DNA of 64,000 nt from the NCBI GenBank assembly GCA_964016885.1, contig OZ024741.1:176080001-176144000 (forward strand), in the 5' to 3' direction. The DNA is from Eledone cirrhosa. Taxonomy: Eukaryota. How positions within the stretch are numbered: the first letter of the stretch is position 1; each line of letters starts with the position of its first letter. Below the pieces are notes generated by a model. It was not told where the DNA came from and searched no databases. It was given only the letters and a program-made list of their open reading frames with translations. The translations under genes and the position numbers were made by a program. Below, piece after piece: positions 12,386-24,119 of this stretch.

Positions 12386-13222
12386 TCAGCATCATCATCA
12401 TTTTACGTCTGCTCTTCCCTGCTCGCAAGGGTGGGATGGGTCTTATTCAGCACAGCATCTATCCACTCGTCACGGTCCTTTGTCATCTCCACTGTGAGCT
12501 TCAACGATCTGAGGTCTGTTCTCACCAACTCCGCCCATGTTTTCGTGGTCTACCTCTACCACGTCTTCCTTCAACTGGCATTTCCTGGCACTTCTTCACC
12601 CATAGGTCATCCTCCATGTGCATCACATGTCCACACCACCTCAGTCTCCTCTCCCGTACACTACATTCTATCACTCTCAGACACAGTTTCTCTCTCCAAA
12701 CATTCATGCTGGGTCATTCACGCACATTTACACTGCACATCCAATGGAGCCTCATTTCTCTCCAGCCGTCGCATATCCTCTGCAGTTGCTGCCCATGTCT
12801 CACTACCATGCAGCATCGCGCTCCTCACACAGGCATCATACAACCGGCCTTTCATACGCAGGGAGAAACCCTTCTTCGTCAGCAGAGGAAGCAGCTCCCT
12901 AAACTTCTTCCAACCCGTCCTTATTCTAGATACTATGGCCTCGGAACACCCTCCTCCCATTCTAATCTGATCTCCTAGGTACCGGAAGCTATCCACCACT
13001 TCTATAGCATCCTCCTGCATTTGAAAAATGTGTTTATCAATGCGACTTCTACTGTCTAATTTCCCTGTACATCTACTGCATACCTATTTCTCCCTACCTG
13101 TTTGTTTGCCTGCTATCCCGCTACATTTCTTGTGTACCCAGAATCTGCATTGTGTGCATTTTATAGAATTTATGCCAGTTCCTTTTCTGCATATCGAACA
13201 TGGCCATTTCCGTGACGGAATC
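12381..13222 (-). mobile_element. RTE LINE 3' fragment inserted in (TA)n
   Basis: KWPCSICRKG..C..C..WVHKKC, VVDSFRYLGD, SRIRTGWKKF, AMLHGSETW, RRLRWCGHV, GRPRK; (GAT)n tail; TA tracts both sides. Confidence 0.95.
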
Positions 13223-13299
13223 ATATATATATATATATATATATATATAACTGTATGCTGTAACAAGCAACTAAAAGGTTTGACATATATAAACTATAT

Positions 13300-13480
13300 A
13301 TAGATATGAAAGTTTGACCCTGACGGCAGAGCTCAAGCCGTTTCGATGGCTATATCTGAACGGCCTTTTCTGGACGGCTATTTCGACGGCTATTTCTGGT
13401 CCAGAAATAGCCACTCTACTACCCTAAGTATTGAGTACTCTGGTGCGTTATGGTCCATCTGGTTCCTTACCACACCTTCA
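13300..13480. mobile_element. Fold-back element with 3' half hammerhead (family of 16541 and 39360)
   Basis: rc GAAA-cggct..gcc-GTC-agggtc; tail gtattgagtactctggtg..atggtcca shared with 16.7 kb and 39.4 kb. Confidence 0.6.
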
Positions 13481-13723
13481 TTATATATATATATATATAT
13501 ATCCCTGGCTTACTCACTTTCTTCAATTTTCTTGCATCTAATGCGCATTGAGCACACTGTCCCCCTCACTACTTGTATATAATTCTCATAACAAATCATT
13601 TATTTCTCCTGTTTGATTAGTTAGTATACATACCTTTGATATATATATATATATATATATGTCCCAAGGCTCTGATACCATCAACACTATAAACACAGAG
13701 CTGACATATCTAAGAACTGACTA

Positions 13724-13779
13724 ACTGCTTGATGAGGTCATAGCCATTCAATGGCTATCATCGAAATACATATAGCAGT
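13724..13779 (+). ncRNA. Hammerhead ribozyme with C3U lesion
   Basis: actgc-TTGATGA-ggtcatagcca(ttcaa)tggctatcatc-GAAA-tacat-ATA-gcagt, then AATAAA; element between TA tracts. Confidence 0.65.
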
Positions 13780-13824
13780 AAATAAAGGATTATTAGTTCA
13801 TGCAATTGACTTATGTTTCATCAC

Positions 13825-13889
<65 letters not shown>

Positions 13890-13893
<4 letters not shown>

Positions 13894-14120
13894 ATAATAA
13901 TAAATTTGAAGACTCAAATCCAAAGAGGGCTCGATAAGGATAAATATATATCAAATATATAAGAACCGTAGAGCAAATATTTATTAAAATAACAGATTAA
14001 AGTTTAAGCAAAGAATCGCTGCTTTCACCTTTAACGGGATCTTCTGAAACTCAGAAGATCCCGTTAAGGGTTAAAGCAGCGATTCTTTGCTTAAACTTTA
14101 ATCTGTTATTTTAATAAATA
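13890..14120. mobile_element. Fold-back HHR element, CAGAAGA family (HHR 14001-14051 on -)
   Basis: About 70-bp inverted arms; rc agttt-CAGAAGA-tccc(gttaa)aggt-GAAA-gca..tg-CTT-aaact; copies at 17141, 33549, 61966. Confidence 0.8.
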
Positions 14121-14284
14121 TATATATATTTATATATATATATAAACTGTAACAAGGAATTAAAATGTTGACAGTATCCAACTGTTAAAAATGTTATCAC
14201 AATATCCCATTCAACCCATGCCAGAATGGAGAGGTGAATTTAAAATGATGATGATGATATGTATATATAAATACACTCACACAC

Positions 14285-14410
14285 AGACAACTGGCTTCCA
14301 CATCATAATTTCACTGACAAGGCAATGCCCAATCCAAGGTGCCACACTATAAGACTGAACTCAGAACCACATGGTTGTGATGCACACTCCTTAACCACTC
14401 AGCCATGCCA
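14285..14410 (-). mobile_element. Decayed CORE-like SINE
   Basis: tRNA-like head in rc (ggcatggctgagtggttaagg...gagttcagtc) and acaaggc core remnant. Confidence 0.5.
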
Positions 14411-14793
14411 TGTGGTTGTGAAATTTATGCAGTAAAAATTGAGATTTATTTGTTAAATAGATAATTGGTGATCGTCAATGAATAAAAAAGAGATTTTTCT
14501 ATTCTAATTTTTATGCAAATGTTATAAAGTGGGTACTATGTCATTTACCAGTGATTCCTGCTCAATGAATTAATGTGTCAACCATGATTTGTAGGTGCAT
14601 TTCCTAGTAGATACTTCCATTTTTGCTTTTTTATTATTCGTGTTTCCATTTAAATTTGATATACACTTACTATATATTAGAAAACAGGAGACAAAATTGC
14701 ACTCAATCTTTAATTATAGATGAGGTGTAAAATAATAACATCAAGGTCAGAGCTATAAACATATCAAATAAAACTTCAAAGTTGTGGAAATAT

Positions 14794-14845
<52 letters not shown>

Positions 14846-14896
14846 GATATATATATATATATATACTTATATATATATACGTACATACATGCATAC

Positions 14897-14929
<33 letters not shown>

Positions 14930-15060
14930 TACATGTATATTTATGTGTGCGTATGTCATAAATTTCATGTCCAGACATTTCACCAAATTGCTTTATTGTA
15001 TGATTTATTTATTTAGAATGTTTAATAGTTTATAGCATCAATGCCACACCCCTCCTCTCT

Positions 15061-15148
<88 letters not shown>

Positions 15149-15240
15149 TCTGCTGCTGCTGCTGCTACTGCTACTACTACTACTGCCGCTGCTGCTGCTG
15201 CTCTTGCTTCCACCATTACCACTACTACCAAATGTACCAC
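15061..15240. repeat. Compound trinucleotide microsatellite (CTA)n(TAA)n(CTG)n
   Basis: Direct inspection. Confidence 0.95.
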
Positions 15241-15339
15241 TAACAACACAAGGCTAACTTTGCAGGTCTCATGACAGATTCATACTCATTGGTCGGGGTT
15301 CTTTTTGAGGCAATTTTGTAACTGTGGTCACATGCAAGG

Positions 15340-15712
15340 ATATAGCCTATTTATTCTAGACCTGATAGAAATGGAGAGAATGAGATATATGTGCAATCTA
15401 AGTGGGACAGAGAGACACAGCTTGGATGATCTGAGGGAAAAGTTTGGTTTAAGAAGAATCTGTGGTGGTGTGCAGGAGGATGATCATGGATGATGATCCC
15501 TGGGTGAAGAAGAGCCAGGAAATCTCAGTGGAAGGAAACCACAGTAGAGGTAGATCAAGAAAGACCTGGCCAGAGGTGAGAAGAGCTGACCTGAAATCAC
15601 TGAAACACATGGCAGATATGATGAAGGAAAGTGGTAAATGGAAGAGTTTTGTGCTTAGAAAGACCTGTTGAATCCACACAAGCATAGAAAATCGGATGTA
15701 AAAACAGTGATA
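15340..15712 (+). mobile_element. RTE LINE 3' fragment
   Basis: RYMCNL..LREKFGLRRI, WVKKSQEISVEG..RGRSRKTW. Confidence 0.8.
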
Positions 15713-15714
15713 AT

Positions 15715-15898
15715 AATTGTTTCTACTTTTGGCAGAAGGCCAGCAATTACCCCAGTGCATTACTAGTGCTTTATTTTATCGACCCCGTAAGGGTGAAAGG
15801 CAAAGCTAACCTCGGCAGGATTTGAACTCAGAATGTAAAGGGCCATAAATCTATGCTAAAAAGCATGGTGTCTGACACTCTACCGACACTACCAATCC
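15715..15898 (-). mobile_element. SINE family A
   Basis: Full consensus in rc; tgataataat on both flanks. Confidence 0.9.
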
Positions 15899-16540
15899 TA
15901 TGATGATAATAATGATCCATAAAAATACACAATACATGAAAGAAATAGGTGGATCACACCACTAGATCATTGGTCATAGGTTGTATTCATTTCGACAACA
16001 TTGGCTTGAAAAACAACAGTTTCTTCATGTGCTATCACGTCAAAGAAAAACACCTGATGTTCTCTTAAGAAGTTCTATGGGCTTATAGGCTCTTCCACAT
16101 ATGCCATAATCTAATGAAGGATAAAAGTTATAGAACATAAAAGAATATGTATGTATATTATTATCATTATCATATGTCTGATTTTCATGCTTCTATTTGT
16201 AGGGTGGGTTGTCATCATTCAAGAACAGATGGGTGTGAGAGAACTTATCTTGGTCTTAAATTCCATATTTGGCTGGGTTTCTATGCCAACAATCTTATAA
16301 AGCCTACTGGATTTATTTAATATTTACTTACAGTAGTACCACTATAAAGAGGGTACTGGTTGTATTTTATCATGGCACTAGCACTACAACTGTTGCTATA
16401 TGCTCAGCCAGTGTGCAAAGTCCTCTCAAACACTATATAATCTCCATTTGATTGCTAACCTCTTCACAAAATGTATTGCGCGTGTGTGTGTGTGTTTATA
16501 TATATGTATACATACATACACACACACACATATATATATA

Positions 16541-16732
16541 TGAAAAGATTCAGGACCCTGATGGCTGAGCTCTGGCCATTTCGACGGCTAGATCCGAACT
16601 AAAGCGCCAGTATTCGAATGGTGAGAATCTAGCTGGGGTCCTGAATCTTTTCATATCACCAACACTACTACCCCAAGTATTGAGTACTCTGGTGGCTTAT
16701 GGTCCACCTGGTATTTTACCACACACTATCTC
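16541..16732. mobile_element. Fold-back element with 3' half hammerhead
   Basis: Inverted arms atatgaaaagattcaggaccc / gggtcctgaatcttttcatat; rc GAAA-tggc..gcc-ATC; gtattgagtactctgg tail. Confidence 0.65.
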
Positions 16733-16944
16733 ATATATATATATAAATACTTTGTAAAAAGGCTGACCATCAAACATGCACAAGGACATAGTTATAAACA
16801 CACACATACACATATGCATGTGAAAATATGTAGGCACTCAAACACTCACATATGCCCACATCCATGAAAAGAAATATGTTTATATATATATATACCCAAC
16901 ATCTTATAGATCACAACAAATGCAACATGTTTTTGACAAATCAC

Positions 16945-17032
16945 TTATCTGATGAGCAGATCAATAATGGAGTCCGATCCATCAGTTCAATGGGTGACCT
17001 TGAGCCAATCCTCAATGAAACACGTGTAACAG
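16945..17032 (+). ncRNA. Candidate decayed hammerhead with long branched stem II
   Basis: CTGATGA (16949) ... GAAA-cacgt-GTA with palindromic stem III acacgtgt, AATAAA just downstream; stem I and base of stem II pair poorly. Confidence 0.45.
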
Positions 17033-17080
17033 TTTGATACACAATAAAAAAACTAACATGTAAACGAAACTTGGTTTTCC

Positions 17081-17140
<60 letters not shown>

Positions 17141-17145
<5 letters not shown>

Positions 17146-17323
17146 TAAAATAACAGATTAAAGTTTAAGCAAAGAATCGCTGCTTTCACCCATAACGGGA
17201 TCTTCTGAAACTTTAATCTGTTATTTTAATACATATTTGCTCTACGGTTCTTATATATTTTATATATATTTATCCTTATCGAGCCCTCTTTGGATTTTAG
17301 TCTTCAAATTTATTATTATTACT
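17141..17323. mobile_element. Fold-back HHR element, CAGAAGA family (HHR 17162-17212 on -)
   Basis: Same family as 13890-14120; arms joined at the aaact stem I sequence. Confidence 0.8.
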
Positions 17324-17344
17324 ATATATATATATTTTTAACAT

Positions 17345-17677
17345 TTACATTTCATTTTACGTCCGCTTTTTCCCTGCTTGCAAGGGTGGGACGGGAACTG
17401 ATTCTGGCTTGATTTCTACAGCTGGATGCTCTTCCTAACACCAACCTCTTTACAGTGAGTGCTCGTGCTTTTTTGCCGTGGCACCTCCATGACCACTTTG
17501 CAGTAGAATGATATGGACCCCAGTCCCTATCATCTCATTTCTACAGCTGAGTAAACTGGAGCAATGTGAAATAAAGTGTCTTGCTCAAGGAAACAACACA
17601 TCACCCGGTCTGAGAATTGAATTCACAACCTCTCGATTGCAAGGCCAGTGCTCTAACCACTAAGCCATATGCCTCCA
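17345..17677 (-). mobile_element. CORE-like SINE with RTE-derived 3' tail
   Basis: rc: tRNA-like head, ccttgagcaagacactttatttcac core, then ggttggtgttaggaagagcatccagctgtaga and cttgcaagcaggg tail shared with RTE 3' ends here. Confidence 0.8.
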
Positions 17678-17795
17678 TCATATATATATATATTGGATTT
17701 TAGTCTTGAAATGTATTATTATTAATATATATATATATATATATATATCGATCCGATTTGGATTGCCTCGGAAACATAACCTTATTATGTAACAA

Positions 17796-17869
17796 GCTGT
17801 CTGATGATGACACGACACTCGCACACAGAACAGTGTGGCCAGTGTCGTCACTGAAATATATATCACAGC
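17796..17869 (+). ncRNA. Hammerhead ribozyme with long stem II
   Basis: gctgt-CTGATGA-tgacacgacact...agtgtcgtcact-GAAA-tatat-ATC-acagc; palindromic stem III. Confidence 0.8.
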
Positions 17870-17870
17870 A

Positions 17871-17950
17871 TTACGGGGTCGATAAAATAAAGTACCAGTA
17901 ATGCACTGGGTAATTGCTGGCCTTGTGCCAAAAGTAGAAACAATTATTAT
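17871..17950 (+). mobile_element. 5'-truncated SINE family A
   Basis: Core and tail only. Confidence 0.85.
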
Positions 17951-18443
17951 TAAAGGACTTGAACATCTGAAACTACTTCGCTTTTCCTTATTCTATATAT
18001 ATATATATACTTTACAACACATTTTGTTTGTTATGAAATATAGATTTGAACTCAGACAAATAATCCTGCTTTATTTAATTATGTTCGCTTGTTATTTTTG
18101 TGGAAGCTAACTTTAAAACTTGACAGTGTAATCAATTGATAATACTGCAGTAACTGTCTCTAAGATGTGTAGATTATATTAGTGAATAGGATACAGTAGT
18201 GTTGGTAGGGGTGGGGAGCTCTGAAGGTGGAGTTGATATTTTTCACATGTGGACTTATTGCCAACCAAAGCTAACATTCCATATGAAGCCATCCCTGTCT
18301 TTCTTCTCATGTATTGCTATTTGTATTTACCTTTCTATACACCCATCTAATTATGTATGGAATACTTTGAGAGTGTCAAGCTGCTAATAAAATCACAAGC
18401 AGCAGATGTATTTCATTTCAGTGTTATTATTAGTTAGGTAAAA

Positions 18444-19290
18444 AGGGCGGTAGACTGGTAGTATTGGTAGAGGGTCGTACGCCATGCTTTGATGCATAGA
18501 GTTACGCCCCTTGCCATTCTGAGTTCAAATCCCGCCGAGGTTAACTTTGCCTTTCATCCTTACGGGGTTGATAAAATAAAGTACCAGTAATGCACTGGGT
18601 AATTGCTGGCCTTGTGCCAAAAGTAGAAACAATTATTAGTTAGGTAAAAAGGGCGGTGGATTGGTAGTATCGGTAGAGAGTCGGACACCGTGCTTTGCAG
18701 CATAGAGTTACAGCCTTTACGATCTGAGTTTAAATCCCGCTGAGGTTAACTTTGCCTTTCATCCTTACGCGGTTGATAAAATAAAGTACCAGTCATGAAC
18801 TGGGATCGATTTAATCAACTTTCCACTCCCCCAAAATTGCTCCCCTGGTGCCTATAGTAGAAAACATTATTAGTTAGGTGAAAGGGTGGTAGTGTGGCAG
18901 AATCGGTAGAGCGTTGGACAATATGCTTTCCAACATAGAGTTATGTCCCTTTATGTTCTGAATTCAAAGGGTAACTTTATATTTCACCCTTTTGGGGTTC
19001 ATAAAATAATGAACCACTAATGCACTGGGGTCAATTTAATTGCCTTTCCCTTCTCCCCAAATTGCTGCCTGAATAAAAAAAAAATTATTAGGTAGGTAAA
19101 CGTTTGTGGAATGGCTGAGATGTTAGAACAATGGACACAAAGTTTTTTATTCCACCCCTTTATGTTCAAATCCCATCAATGTCAACTTTACCTCTCATTT
19201 TTCTTTGGTCAATAAAATAAAGTTGATATAACCGACTTTCCACTTTCCACAAATTGCTGGCCATTTTTTCTAAATTTGAAATCATTATTA
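18444..19290 (+). mobile_element. Head-to-tail array of four SINE family A copies
   Basis: Heads near 18444, 18651, 18884, 19100, separated by tattagttaggt(a/g)aa-like spacers. Confidence 0.85.
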
Positions 19291-19922
19291 GTTAGATAAC
19301 TAATCCATTCCTCAATTAGTTTAGTGGAGACTTCTGGTGTCCATGGCCCTAGGGCTACCTTCGTACTCACCAGCATAGGCACTGAACAGGTCAGCTGCAG
19401 GTGTGAGCCTCATGAGATGGAATGGATCTTCCAGTACATCTTCCTTACCATCCTTCAGGGAAATGCCTTCTACATTCTGTCCACCTCGGCTGTGGGGTAG
19501 CCAGCATGTGGGACCCCACTTGCTCACTATAAAGAGAGATGGGGAGGATGAGAGAGATGACAGTGGGAGTTCTGTCCTTCCGTGTTCGGAAACATTACAC
19601 CTGTCGAGAGTGTATATTGATGAAGTCGATCAATTTAAGTCCAGAATGTTCACAGAGCTACACTCTATAGCTTGCTGTCCGTCCATGCAATTATTTTCTT
19701 TTCCCTGTGTTGCACAAACACATTGTATTAGCACTGCCTGGCCAAGTAGTTAAATAGTTCACTTTACTATTTCTACATCACCATAACATTGTTTTCATTA
19801 GTTTACTAACTAGATGGTTATTTAATTGCACATGCTCACACATGAAATCGTAGACATATAAACAATTTATTATTGTACAAAATATAATTTAGATATATAT
19901 CAGATCAAAGAATGGTATTTAA

Positions 19923-20695
19923 CTAATGTATTGGTATGCGATGGGGCCCACCCACACTCCCGGCGGACAAAATAGAGAAGGCGTTTCCCCGAAGGACGGC
20001 AAGGGAGACGCGCTGGAAAAACCACTCCAACTCGCGGGGCTCACACCTCCAGCTGGCCAGCTCAGCGCCTATGGTGGTGAGTAAGGAGGTAGCCCTGGGG
20101 CCGAGGACACCAGAACTCTCCACTGCCAGGGGTACGACCGCAAACCTGTCGGAGAGCGACCGGTATTTGAGGAGTTTGGCCCCCTCAGCCCGACGTGCAG
20201 CAGAACCTGGGTCAGTTGCAGACTGCACCAGTTTGCGGCTGCAGAAAGTGTCGGTGCAAGTGGCATCCCAGACGAGGGGTTTACCACCGCGGTACAGGAA
20301 GATGGTCATGCCATCTGGCCTTTTGCCGTCCCCTCGATCCAGCCCTGGGAAGGGAAGCCTGCAACGTCCAAACCATGCTTAATGACCTCGTTGAGGGCAG
20401 CATGGCGTGGAATGCGGCCGGCACTGTGGCGATAGGAAAGCGGGTGGAGGCCGAAAGAGTCCACGCTGGAACCGCAGCGACATTGGTGTGGCTGGCAGAT
20501 CCACAGGCCGAGCCTCAGGGAAACGCTGATTCGCAGGCTATGGTTGTCTAGCTGCGTGGAGTGGAGAAAGAGGGCAGAACATGGAGCCAGGCACCACTGT
20601 GGGGTTTGGAGGCCGCACGAAAACAAGCAAGGCGGTGCTGGTCGAGCTGGCGCGTGAGCCTGCCTGTGCCCAGGCTGCACTAGATGGCATCCCAA
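19923..20695 (-). pseudogene. CRE element zinc knuckle and restriction-like endonuclease (frameshifted)
   Basis: SLRLGL..HQCRCG..D..GLH, RHAALN, RPDG, VWDAT, AE..K..KY, PLAVESSG..G, QRVSLAVLRGNA. Confidence 0.85.
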
Positions 20696-20821
20696 GTGCG
20701 TTGGGGGGACTTGCCATCAACAGGGGGAGAAGGAGGAGGAACGTCTACTGGGCTAAGTCCCAGCTAGTTCCACGTCTCACAGGCGGCCTCACGTTCTCTG
20801 AACACAGAGGGTTCTGTTGTC

Positions 20822-21877
20822 TTATGAAGAACCCTGCTGACGAGGATGCGGCACGAGGTTACCGACGAAAGATATGCCAGCAAAGCTAGTGAGATCGGGG
20901 ACCGGAGGCCAAGGCCGCCATATCTGACCGGTAAAGTGGCCTCGCCACCCTATGTCGTCAAACTTGACGTTGCATATCCTATCGGCTGCTGGTCGGATAC
21001 AAGTATCGAGGTCAGCGAGGAGAGATATCTGGGTGTAGCATGGGACGCTGCGGAGTGTATAGAGGAGATTCGGCATGGCGAAGCAGTTCCTCAGCAGAAA
21101 AAGAGCTGGGTGGCCGTCAATCAAGCCCAGTCGGTTCGTGAGAGTCTGAAGCTGTTGAAGCCTGGACCTGATGGTGGAGCGGATGGCCGGCGGGTGGATC
21201 GTTGACCCGAGTATGAGGACATCCTCTTTGAGGGTCACCTGAACCTGGCGGAGAATGGACCGCACGTCCAAGACGGAGGCTGCAAAGCTCGCAGCATCGA
21301 GGCTGACGTTCACCACCTCCGACTTGGCCGAGTTGACCTGGAGGCCGATTCCCGCCAGGGCAGGAATCACCGATTGAAGGTCATGGCAGACAGTCCGTAC
21401 GGGCCCGCCCAACGTAGCATCATGCTGATACCAAACGTTGAGAGGCGCCGTGATACTCCGAGCGATGTGGTCAATACCAAGGGAAAATAGGAGGGGTCCC
21501 AAAGGGTCGCCCTGTTGGACTCCAATAGCCGAGAGTACGACCGTATCAGCAGCTAGGAGCATGCTCGGAGCTCCATATGACAGGTAGGCCAGCGGGTAGG
21601 CAGAGGGGGCTCGACTGAGGTAGTTCTCGAGCAAATGATCTCGGCGTAAAGAGTTAAAGGCCTTGCTCATGTCAAGCTTGACAATGAGGTGCCTGGAGTC
21701 CCTAGATGCCGGTACCGATGGGCAGCTGCTGAAGAACTGCCTGATTGCATGAGCGGCTCCCTCACAGCCACCGGATACGCCAACACCCAGTTGCACCGGA
21801 CTAAACTCCTCACCCAGTTGGTGTGTGACGGACTTGCAGATCACCTTGGCAGCCAGCCTCCGGAAGACATTGTCCAC
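20822..21877 (-). pseudogene. CRE element reverse transcriptase
   Basis: FRRLAAK, QLGVG..GGCE, KLDMSKAFNSL, GVQQGDPLGPLLF; catalytic YLDD reads YQHD. Confidence 0.9.
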
Positions 21878-22971
21878 AGCAATGGGGCGTATCCCACCCT
21901 CTTTCTTCCTGAGAGTGGTGAGGCTGGCCGAAAAAAGGAGGCGTGGGGCCTATTGGTGAGCGCCACAATTGCACTCAGAAGGCGGAACCCGGCCTCAGTG
22001 GAGAGGGGGGATGTCAACTCCTTGAGGTGGCCTGGTCGGAGACCATCAACACCTCCGCAGCTGCTAGCTGGGAAGGACCTGATGGCGGACATGATATCTG
22101 CATCAGTAGCCACAAGGAGCAAGTGGGGGTCGGGTGGGGGTATGTGGCTGAGATCAGTGGGTGGCTCAGGGTGTTTGAGCCGTAGAGCAGCCAGGACCTC
22201 CTTGGCGGGCTGGAGGACAGTTTCCTCTGAGGCAACAACTCTGACTGCGGCCGAGACATCACCCATGATAAGCTTTGCGTTTACCTGGTCACGCAAACGC
22301 TTGGCGCTGGCCTCGGGGGTGGAGGATAGAGGGTACCTGAGGGTGAGGTTTGTGGCGTCCCTGGGCACGCTTGGAATTGGCACTCGCCCAAATGACGAGA
22401 GATTGGCGTTGACGAAGGCTGCTGTTGACGGGCCGCCCCGGTCAGCGTCAGAGCTGGGGAGGCCGAGGGTGAGTGAGGCGAAATAGAACAGCCGCTCCCA
22501 GTCACTGGCTCGATTGGACTCCAGGGCGCTCTCAATCGAGGAAGCGAGGGCGTCGGCTACCGACACCCATGCCGCTCTCGGGATCCTGAGTGGGATCTTC
22601 CGGAGCCGCCTGAGCCGAGCGATGTTGACCAGCGAGGCTCGGGCATCAGGCAAGCTCGCTGTCCCATCTGGTGGTGTGCCAGACGGCCGTGGCTGGGAAC
22701 ATGTGGGGAATAGGTAGCTCCTGCACGTCCACGCTGCGAGGGCATTGGAACCTCGACGAGTCAAGCCAACGCAGCTGAAGTGGTGGAAGCAGCCGCACCC
22801 CAAACTGTTCCGGCCCCTCTTCTGTTTGTTAGTGGTGCTGCAGGTGTCGATTTGGAGGGGTGGGGGATGGGGCGTTGGGCTGGGGACTAGGGCACCGAGC
22901 GGCATCAGGGGTGGGTGGCTGCCGTGTGTGGGTGGAAGGGAAAGTGCTGGTAAGAGGGCTGCATAGCTCAC
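21841..22971 (-). pseudogene. CRE element N-terminal region with PHD-like finger
   Basis: 376-aa ORF with CGCFHHFSCVGL..WTCRSY, and GGVDGLRPGHLK typical of the start of CRE RT. Confidence 0.75.
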
Positions 22972-24119
22972 CTATATATGGAGGTGCCAGAAAACGAGAG
23001 CGAAAAGGGGCTGCATGAAGGGGGAGACACAGGAAGGTAGAATGGCAGTAAATGAATGAGTGAATGGATGGGTGAACACGAAAAAAAGGGGGGGGGGGGC
23101 AAGGGGTTGTTCCCAACGGAAAGACCCAGAGTTCAGCACGCACACATGCGAGCGACTGAGCAGTTTGTCATAGGACCTAGTGGCTGGTGGTGAGTCACTG
23201 ATGCTGGGGTTGGCTTCCTCTTGTTAATGGTAGAGTTGTTGTTAATGACACTGTTGTCATCGTTGCCTTCCTCTTGTTAATGGTGAAGATATAGAGCGAA
23301 ATACAAAATCCACCAGCAGGAAATTATATAAAAAAGTATCTAGAAATAAAAGTCAACGTTTCTGTCTGGGATATAAAGATTTGTTTTACATTTTCGCAAA
23401 CATCGTAACGATATTCTCAATGGACGCGCTTACAATATTTGAATATAACTGAACCAACGTGTCATTTAATTTGAAAAGTGGAGCAAGTCAAAGGAGAATA
23501 GTGAATTTGGAATGTCAATCCCTTGTGATTTGTTCTTTTTTTTTCAGGATTTATACTCATTTTTTTATTTTTTTTCCCTTCAAAAGGATGGAGGCGTTTT
23601 ATCTCCTCATGAAACTGACATTACTTAATGATGTTCGTCATCTATGGCTTATTCATATGTATTATTTCATAACTCTAGAGAACTTTTAGAATGTTTGTGC
23701 AGTGTTCTGTGTCCAGCCAGGTTTGTACAACAGGTAAGAAAAATGATGATTCGGTGATGGTTTCTTCTGATAGGAGCCTCTTCCACGTCGGAAGATCGAA
23801 GTGTGTTTTCTTGTCTTCTTCCATACTTTCATAAACGGCTTCGGAGATTTAAAATTATGTCTCAATTGGTGCTTCCATTTCCACACGGTTCTATTTGTCT
23901 TATTTACAAAAATATATTTCTATATATTTCTTTATTTATTTCTCTTATTTTAGTATAATATAGTGAGTTGTCACCAGTGATGTTTGAAGTTCCTTCATTG
24001 ATAAGCAAAGAATCGATGTGTTTATATTCTCATCGTTAAATTGTGGATCCATATATTCGCGTTGAATAATGATAAGACATTCATTCGCTATGACTTATAT
24101 ATATCTTTTCCTTTTTAAC

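Larger units (their letters stand above)
19855..23330 (-). mobile_element. CRE-clade non-LTR retrotransposon, near full length, disrupted
   Basis: GC-rich block; RT plus C-terminal zinc knuckle and restriction-like endonuclease; AATAAA near 3' end; 5' boundary approximate. Confidence 0.85.

Noticed and set aside
12298-12978. 226-aa and 222-aa + strand ORFs
   Set aside because: Microsatellite plus antisense of RTE.
18651-18745. tRNA-like A and B boxes
   Set aside because: SINE heads; no complete cloverleaf and always fused to SINE core.
21689-22486. 265-aa + strand ORF and other + ORFs in the GC-rich block
   Set aside because: Antisense shadows of the CRE ORF in GC-rich DNA; no motifs.
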